Source: Bdellovibrionota bacterium (GTDB lineage Bacteria > Bdellovibrionota_C > UBA2361 > OMII01). Taken from it: DNA of 63,378 nt. Where the stretch lies: assembly GCA_044337105.1 (NCBI GenBank), contig JBIIOE010000006.1, positions 1 through 63,378 of the forward strand, read 5' to 3'. Every line of letters starts with the position of its first letter. Within the stretch, counting starts at the first letter, position 1. The translations under genes and the position numbers were made by a program. Positions 57,478 to 63,378 of the stretch are shown one piece after another. The notes under the pieces were generated by a model. The model was not told where the DNA came from and did not search any database. It was given only the letters and a program-made list of their open reading frames with translations.

Positions 57478-57516
57478 GGCCGCATGGGGAAGCGATGCTC
57501 CCCATGCGGCCCCTAC
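57478..57516 (-). repeat. Perfect 13-bp GC hairpin, GTAG-type REP-like element or terminator downstream of the sulfatase
   Basis: GGCCGCATGGGGA-8nt-TCCCCATGCGGCC followed by CCTAC (GTAG on the minus strand), no U-tract. Confidence 0.55.
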
Positions 57517-57535
57517 ACACCTATATGTGATTCCT

Positions 57536-59086
57536 CTAGGTGCCGGTTCCCGGCGACGCTGTGACGGCTTCCATCACACGCTCCAGATTGAAACTGCCGG
57601 GCTTCTGTCGCGGTGGAAACTCACGGAAGCTTTGAAGCCACCTGCCGACATAGGATGCTGCCGGAGCGATGGCAAACATGTGCTCGAGGTACCACCGTTG
57701 GTAATCCATTCCGATGTCAGCAGCTAACTCGAACGGATCCATACGAAGATTAGTCACCATCGGCGCGCGCAAAACCTCGAAAGGCTCCTGCCAAACATGC
57801 ATACCGTGGGCATTCTGACGCAGGAAGGTAACCTTCCAGTTTTCGTAACGTAAGGCCGCTACTTGACCATCATCGGTCCAGTAGATGAAGTCCTTACGTG
57901 GCCACGAGCCCTCTCCCTTCAAAGCAGGCATGAGGTTGTATCCATCAAGATGCACCTTGTAGGTAGCCCCTCCGACCTTACGCCCCTTGAGCAGATCCTC
58001 CTTAGCGGATGCATCTCCAGCGGCTGCGAGAAGGGTCGTCATCATATCTTCATGAGCCCCGATCTCATTCACAATGGTGCCGGGCTTGATGACTCCAGGC
58101 CAGCGGATCGCGCACGGAACACGGTATCCACCCTCCCACTGGGTATTCTTCTCACCGCGGAACATCGTCGTGCCGCCATCGGGCCAAGTAAACGCCTCTG
58201 CTCCATTGTCTGTGGAGTACATCACGATAGTGTTCTCGTCCAAGCCAAGCTCCTTGAGCTTAGAGAGGATCTCTCCCACTTGACGATCGTGCTCGACCAT
58301 TCCGTCGGCGTAGATTCCGAGACCGGTCTTTCCAGCTACTCCCTCCTTGAGGTGGGTAAAGATGTGCATCTTGGTCGAGTTCCACCACAGGAAGAAAGGT
58401 TTGTCTTCCTTCGCTGCTCGTTCCATGAAGTCGACAGCTTTTGCATTCACCTCTTCGTCAAAGGTCTCCATGCGCTTACGACTGAGAGGTCCGGTGTCTT
58501 GAATACGGCCATCTGCAAAGCTGTGGATTACGCCACGAGGTCCGAAGTTTTTCTTGAACTCAGGAGTCCTGGGGTAGTCTGGATGCTCAGGCTCCTCCTC
58601 AGCGTTGAGGTGATAGAGATTTCCGAAGAACTCGTCGAACCCATGCGCCGTTGGGAGCATCTCGTCTCGATCTCCGAGGTGGTTCTTGCCGAACTGTCCC
58701 GTCATATAACCTTGCGCCTTGAGCAGGGTAGCGATCGTCGGGTCCTCTTTCTTCATGCCTTCGGGGGCACCGGGCAGACCTACCTTCGTGAGCCCAGTTC
58801 GCATCGGTGACTGTCCAGTGATAAAAGCTGCTCTTCCTGCGGTGCAGCTTTGCTGACCATACCAATCGGTAAAAAGCGCTCCGTCCTTGGCGATGCTGTC
58901 GATGTTCGGGGTTTTATACCCCATCATGCCCATATTGTAGGCGCTTACATTAAAACCGCCGATGTCGTCGCCCCAGATGACCAAGATGTTTGGTTTCTTC
59001 TTGGCAGCTTGAGCATGACACTCCAAGGCTCCCACCACCTGCACCAACAGGCTCACACTGAATAGCAATCCGAAAATGCTTCGCAT
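57536..59086 (-). CDS. Exported Cys-type arylsulfatase
   Basis: KPNILVIWGDD, SCTAGRAAFITG, GKNHLG, TDNG, GEK...EGGYRVP. Start reassigned to ATG 59086. Confidence 0.93.
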   Translation of the reverse strand: MRSIFGLLFSVSLLVQVVGALECHAQAAKKKPNILVIWGDDIGGFNVSAYNMGMMGYKTPNIDSIAKDGALFTDWYGQQSCTAGRAAFITGQSPMRTGLTKVGLPGAPEGMKKEDPTIATLLKAQGYMTGQFGKNHLGDRDEMLPTAHGFDEFFGNLYHLNAEEEPEHPDYPRTPEFKKNFGPRGVIHSFADGRIQDTGPLSRKRMETFDEEVNAKAVDFMERAAKEDKPFFLWWNSTKMHIFTHLKEGVAGKTGLGIYADGMVEHDRQVGEILSKLKELGLDENTIVMYSTDNGAEAFTWPDGGTTMFRGEKNTQWEGGYRVPCAIRWPGVIKPGTIVNEIGAHEDMMTTLLAAAGDASAKEDLLKGRKVGGATYKVHLDGYNLMPALKGEGSWPRKDFIYWTDDGQVAALRYENWKVTFLRQNAHGMHVWQEPFEVLRAPMVTNLRMDPFELAADIGMDYQRWYLEHMFAIAPAASYVGRWLQSFREFPPRQKPGSFNLERVMEAVTASPGTGT

Positions 59087-59335
59087 CAACGCTCTCTCTC
59101 CATCCTTTACATACACCGTGGTCGATACTGTCCGATAAAAGCAGCTAGAGTTCAAGAACCTTGCTAGGAGGGGAGGGCAAAACAATACCGCGTTTGACTC
59201 GCTTGGCTCCCCAGACTACTTCTCTTTGCTTTGCCTCTCACGGCCGTGCTAAAGCTGCCTGCTGCAACCCGCAAGGAGTAGCGTATTGAGGCTACATCAG
59301 CTTCTCTATCACTCTGAATCAATCGGGAAAGGAGT

Positions 59336-60094
59336 ATGATTGTGCGAAACTTCCTGCTTACCGTAGCTGCCCTGGTCACTGTAACCCTTCACTCATCTCA
59401 TGCTGATGATTGGAATTATGTCATCGCGCCCTATGGGCTCCTTCCCAACATCTCGGGCAATGCCTCGCTCGGACGGATCGACAACGCCGACGTAGACCTC
59501 GACGCAGGAGACGTGCTCCAGTCGCTCGAATTGGGTGCGATGTTGCAACTCGAAGCCCGCCACACAAAGAGTAACGTGGGAGTCATTCTCAATTATGCGT
59601 TCATGGATCTCGGAAAAGACGCAACCGGCCCACTCGGCTTTACTGACTTCGATGCAGACGTCTTTCAAGGAATGCTAGAAGGCTTCTATTCATACCGCAC
59701 ACACTTGGAGTCGAGCACCCTCGACCTGTATGCAGGAGCACGCTGGTGGGACATCAACCTCGACGCAACCGCCACTACACCGCTGGGAAGCCGCCGCTTC
59801 AGCCGAGACAAGGACTGGGTCGACCCGGTAATCGGCGCACGCTGGGCACCCTCAATCGCTGATTCGTGGAGACTGCTCATTCAGGGTGACGTAGGCGGAT
59901 TTGGAGCAGCCTCCAGCTTCTCGTGGTGTACGCAGGTAGGCGTCTTGTGGGATGCTTCGGAGACTGTCTCTGTCGCCTTGCTGTACAAAGCGATCTCGGT
60001 CGATTACGAGGATGGTGTGCGAGGCACCAAGAGCTTCTTTGAGTACGACACTATCACCCAAGGTCCGCTACTCGGACTGGTATTTAGATTGTAG
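59336..60094 (+). CDS. Putative outer-membrane beta-barrel protein
   Basis: Signal peptide, alternating strands, WVDPVIGAR, C-terminal GPLLGLVFRL. Confidence 0.75.
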   Translation: MIVRNFLLTVAALVTVTLHSSHADDWNYVIAPYGLLPNISGNASLGRIDNADVDLDAGDVLQSLELGAMLQLEARHTKSNVGVILNYAFMDLGKDATGPLGFTDFDADVFQGMLEGFYSYRTHLESSTLDLYAGARWWDINLDATATTPLGSRRFSRDKDWVDPVIGARWAPSIADSWRLLIQGDVGGFGAASSFSWCTQVGVLWDASETVSVALLYKAISVDYEDGVRGTKSFFEYDTITQGPLLGLVFRL

Positions 60095-60098
60095 CTCT

Positions 60099-61148
60099 AT
60101 GCTGCGAGCCCCCTCTTATATCCTTCAGCTAACGCGAAGCGCCCTTCTCGCTATGATTCTTGCAGTTTCGATGCCGTGCACTGCCGAACCGCACGCTTCA
60201 AAAAAAGCACCCAAAGGTATGCTGTGGATCGCGGGCGGCACCTTCATCATGGGCAGCCAGGACGACAGCAGCCGCAGGAATGAAGGTCCCCCTCATAAGG
60301 TGATCATCGATGGATTCTTCATCGACGAGGCGCCCGTCACGAACTCTCAGTTCGAAGCTTTCGTAAAAGTCACGAAATACGTAACAACAGCGGAGCGCGC
60401 ACCTTCATGGGAGGAGTTGAAGAAACAGCTCCCCCCGGACGCGGAAAAGCCTGACGAGAGGATTTTAGTTGCCGGTTCGATGGTATTTACCCCCTCTACG
60501 GGCCCCGTCGATCGCGCAGACATGAGCAATTTTTGGCGCTGGCAGCCTGGAGCGAACTGGCGGCACCCCGAAGGGCCGGATAGCTCGATCCGTGAACGCA
60601 TGAACCACCCTGTGGTTCACGTGTCGTGGTACGACGCGCAAGCCTACGCCTCGTGGGCGGGCAAACGACTGCCGACCGAAGCCGAATGGGAGTTCGCCTC
60701 TCGCGGTGGACTCGAGAACAAAAAGTATCCGTGGGGCAACGAGTTCAAGCCACATGGAAAGTTCATGGCCAATACGTGGCAGGGAGATTTTCCCTATAAA
60801 AACTCAGTCGAAGACGGATTTGTCGGCACGGCCCCCGTCAAGTCGTTTCCTCCAAACGGATACGGTCTCTACGACATGGCTGGTAACGTCTGGCAGTGGT
60901 GCAACGATTGGTATCGTCCAGACACCTATACTCAGCGAGTAAAGGAGCCATCCTGCCACAACCCCTCTGGTCCTACAGAGAGCTGGAGCCCTTTGAATCC
61001 TTTCCAACAAGAGCGCGTCACCAAAGGCGGCTCGTTCCTGTGTCATGTAAGCTACTGCGAAAGCTACAGACCCTCCGCTCGTAGGGGAACACCCCCAGAT
61101 ACCGGGATGTCACACATCGGTTTTCGCTGCGTGAAAGACGCAAAGTAG
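60099..61148 (+). CDS. Formylglycine-generating enzyme (FGE/SUMF1 family)
   Basis: HPVVHVSW, RLPTEAEWE, DMAGNVWQW, GGSFLCHVSYCESYR (CxxxxC), GFRC. Start reassigned to ATG 60099. Confidence 0.92.
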   Translation: MLRAPSYILQLTRSALLAMILAVSMPCTAEPHASKKAPKGMLWIAGGTFIMGSQDDSSRRNEGPPHKVIIDGFFIDEAPVTNSQFEAFVKVTKYVTTAERAPSWEELKKQLPPDAEKPDERILVAGSMVFTPSTGPVDRADMSNFWRWQPGANWRHPEGPDSSIRERMNHPVVHVSWYDAQAYASWAGKRLPTEAEWEFASRGGLENKKYPWGNEFKPHGKFMANTWQGDFPYKNSVEDGFVGTAPVKSFPPNGYGLYDMAGNVWQWCNDWYRPDTYTQRVKEPSCHNPSGPTESWSPLNPFQQERVTKGGSFLCHVSYCESYRPSARRGTPPDTGMSHIGFRCVKDAK

Positions 61149-61238
61149 GTACTTTTCCACTGAACATCTTGTCTTCGCTCAGTCACATCACTTAGATTAA
61201 GTGCGTCTTTCATTCCAAATTTACCAAAGGAATCTACC

Positions 61239-61934
61239 ATGAAAAAATCCTACGGATCGCTTCTCTTGTGTACCCTCGTTCTTTGCGGAAGTGCAGAGAG
61301 TTGGGCTGGCCCGCTGCGCGATGCTGCCGAGGCGGTCGGCGGCGCTGTCAATTACGTGGGCGAGACAGTAGGTGACACTGCATCGGCCGTCGGAGGAACG
61401 ATCAAGGATACTGCTGAAACTATCACCGGCAACAACGACCCGCTTCAGACGAAGAGAGATATAGACGCTGTCGCTTTGAAGACCGTCAACACGATAACTT
61501 CGCAGAGCAAAGATGCCCTAGAGCTCTTCGAGAAGAGTTACGGCTACGCCGTATTCGATTCACGCAAGGCATCGATCCTGATTACCACGGGCAAGGGCAT
61601 CGGAGTGGCAGTACGTAAGGACAACGGAGCACGAACCTATATGCACGTGGCGTCCGCTGGCGTAAACGTCGGTGCAGGGATTCAATTCTATCAAGGATTG
61701 TTTCTTTTCGAAAACAAGGCAGCCTTCGACGCCTTCGTGAACAACGGCTGGCAAGCAGACGCGACCGCCGGAGCTACTTTGGGCAAAACCTCACTGGAGG
61801 CACAAGCTAAGTTCACGAACGGGATGGCGTACTATCAGATCTCGGACACAGGAATCATGCTGGACGCTAATTTGACTGGAACTAAGTATTGGAAGAGCGA
61901 GGAACTCAACAAGGCCGCTCAAGTCGCGCACTAA
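61239..61934 (+). CDS. YSC84/SYLF-related exported protein
   Basis: GYAVF, G.G..G.A, G.GAGIQ, LF, W...A.A pattern, AAGGA RBS, signal peptide. Confidence 0.75.
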   Translation: MKKSYGSLLLCTLVLCGSAESWAGPLRDAAEAVGGAVNYVGETVGDTASAVGGTIKDTAETITGNNDPLQTKRDIDAVALKTVNTITSQSKDALELFEKSYGYAVFDSRKASILITTGKGIGVAVRKDNGARTYMHVASAGVNVGAGIQFYQGLFLFENKAAFDAFVNNGWQADATAGATLGKTSLEAQAKFTNGMAYYQISDTGIMLDANLTGTKYWKSEELNKAAQVAH

Positions 61935-61942
61935 AAAGTAGT

Positions 61943-61983
61943 CCAAAAAGGTCATCATCGTGTCGCGACGATGACCTTTTTGG
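61943..61983. terminator. Bidirectional-type Rho-independent terminator
   Basis: Perfect 14-bp inverted repeat CCAAAAAGGTCATC / GATGACCTTTTTGG. Confidence 0.75.
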
Positions 61984-62009
61984 TTGGGCGAATCTTCTTG
62001 CTACACACA

Positions 62010-62666
62010 ATGGTGATTGAGCGATTCCCTGAGGTAACAGACGCAGACGAGCATGGACTTCTCGCTTTTGGAGGAGACCTCGACCTCGAATCACTGATAC
62101 TCGCTTATTCCAGCGGCATCTTCCCCTGGCCGTACGACGAAAATACCTTGGCATGGTTCGCTCCGCCGCAGCGCGCAGTGATCCTTCTCGACGAATTTCA
62201 CGTCGCTTCTCGCTTGGCCCGCAGGCTCAAGCAGCACCCTTTCGAGCTCAAGATGGACACGAATTTTCGTGAAGTCATGACGAAGTGCGCTGAACTCAAA
62301 AATCGTGGGACTCAATCGGGCACGTGGATCACGCAGGGACTCATAGAGGCGTACTGCACGCTGTTCGATGCAGGGTTTTGCCACAGCTTCGAAGCGTACA
62401 AGGATGGCGTACTCGTAGGGGGCCTGTATGGGGTCCAGCTCGGCTCGTATTTTGCTGCAGAATCAAGTTTCTTTCGCGTCACGAGCGCGTCCAAAGCGGC
62501 GATGTGCCACGCCGCCGACTATCTTCGACGTTCTGGAATTACCTGGTTCGACTGTCAAGTGCTGACACCGTTCTCTGAAAGCTTCGGAGCACGAGAGCTA
62601 TCACGAGCCGAATTCATGACTATGCTCGATGACACTCTGATGCGATCACTCTCACCCGAGAGTTAA
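62010..62666 (+). CDS. aat: Leucyl/phenylalanyl-tRNA--protein transferase
   Basis: GLLAFGGDL, AY..GIFPW, GTWIT, HSFE, LVGGLYGV, ASK, DCQ. Start reassigned to ATG 62010. Confidence 0.95.
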   Translation: MVIERFPEVTDADEHGLLAFGGDLDLESLILAYSSGIFPWPYDENTLAWFAPPQRAVILLDEFHVASRLARRLKQHPFELKMDTNFREVMTKCAELKNRGTQSGTWITQGLIEAYCTLFDAGFCHSFEAYKDGVLVGGLYGVQLGSYFAAESSFFRVTSASKAAMCHAADYLRRSGITWFDCQVLTPFSESFGARELSRAEFMTMLDDTLMRSLSPES

Positions 62667-62715
62667 CGACGGGGCTAGAGCGCACCCAAGCCCCGCCACA
62701 CACGTGCCTTTGCTT

Positions 62716-63141
62716 CTACTGAATGCCGCCCCAATCCTGGCTCACCAGATGACACCTCACGATGTCGAGGAACTCATGGAGCCGCTCGGGCTTCTGATAC
62801 GTTGGTATCGGCGAGAGGTAGCGCTTGATGCGCTGTATGTCCACCTCCTGCAAGCCGGTCATCGCCACCACCGGGGTGTCAGGGTACACCCAAGCGAGCT
62901 CATGAACGGTCTTGACCCCCACTTCGAATGAGGTGACGTATTCATCCGCCTTCGTCTCATCGGTTGTAAAGGGCATGTGTAGATCGCACACAATCAAGTC
63001 CGGAGCTTCTATAGTGCTAAGAAGCCCAAAAGCTGAATCCGGGCAATCAGAGTCGTATACCTCAAGCCCTTCGGCCTCGAGGAGATATCTAACAGTTTCA
63101 CGAAAATCTTCGTTGTCGTCGATGAATAGAACGGTTTTCAT
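62716..63141 (-). CDS. Single-domain response regulator receiver
   Basis: FIDD, CDLHMP, MTG, QKP. AAGGAGG RBS before ATG 63141. Confidence 0.88.
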   Translation of the reverse strand: MKTVLFIDDNEDFRETVRYLLEAEGLEVYDSDCPDSAFGLLSTIEAPDLIVCDLHMPFTTDETKADEYVTSFEVGVKTVHELAWVYPDTPVVAMTGLQEVDIQRIKRYLSPIPTYQKPERLHEFLDIVRCHLVSQDWGGIQ

Positions 63142-63294
63142 GGCCTCCTTGCCTGCTAACCCGTTCACTGCAACTTCTGCGAATGGAAGGGCGTCTTGCC
63201 CTGTTTATTATACTTCGGCATTGGAGCCTTACTCCTTGAGCACGAAGAAAAGGGTCTTCGTGAAATCGAGTGGGTAGGGCTCGGTGTTATCCCG

Positions 63295-63336
63295 ACGTGA
63301 ACGTGCTCGTGCGCGTAAACGTGAACGTACCCGAAA
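63295..63336 (+). repeat. ACGT-hexamer-rich repeat, inverted copy of 3-44
   Basis: ACGTGAACGTGCTCGTGCGCGTAAACGTGAACGTACCCGAAA. Confidence 0.9.
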
Positions 63337-63378
63337 CAGGCATCATGCGGGCTGAAGGCATAGCTTGGAAAGCATGGG

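Noticed and set aside
57162-57485. 107-aa minus-strand ORF between the sulfatase and clpS
   Set aside because: Starts inside the hairpin with no RBS or recognisable motif. A decayed gene cannot be excluded.
57863-58810. 315-aa plus-strand ORF
   Set aside because: Antisense shadow of the arylsulfatase, expected from codon bias.
1-63378. CRISPR array, prophage, or linear plasmid with terminal inverted repeats
   Set aside because: No regularly spaced direct repeats and no cas, integrase, terminase or replication genes. Content is chromosomal housekeeping and the end repeat has an internal copy.

Overview
Bacterial chromosomal window, probably a whole contig, of roughly 55% GC by eye. The host is a diderm (lipoproteins, an outer-membrane barrel, fliD), and a Bdellovibrionota/'deltaproteobacteria'-like lineage is only a guess. 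Recognisable content: a surface-polysaccharide glycosyltransferase cluster (WcaJ-type priming transferase, GT4 x3, GT2); cysS; an ABC-F ATPase; a UV/DNA-repair neighbourhood (ATP-dependent ligase plus ligase-associated exonuclease, divergent from DUF2256, an FeS-BCP (6-4) photolyase, a CPD photolyase and arfB); an S8 protease, TerB, a lone ribH, an M20 peptidase, tRNA-Leu(CAA) and a PlsC-like acyltransferase; an orphan-rich region at about 30-41 kb; fliD; a beta-CASP nuclease; an RNB-domain protein; alkaline phosphatase; a PQQ/PKD dehydrogenase; clpS-clpA; a sulfatase-FGE cassette; aat; and a receiver protein. I see no transposase, integrase, CRISPR array or rRNA. Most notable observations: (1) a CTAG-ended palindromic MITE-like family with about 10 full, deleted or partial copies, one inserted in frame (22 codons, CTAG duplication) inside a signal peptide; (2) an ORF-free stretch at about 39.1-39.56 kb with nested, G-U-rich minus-strand helices, a candidate large ncRNA; (3) a 563-aa basic protein of six tandem HTH-like repeats; (4) several apparent pseudo-enzymes (RNase II/R, (p)ppGpp-hydrolase HD fold, hybrid kinase); (5) a 42-bp ACGT-rich repeat in inverted orientation at both window ends. 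All family assignments come from motif recognition by eye, not from database searches.
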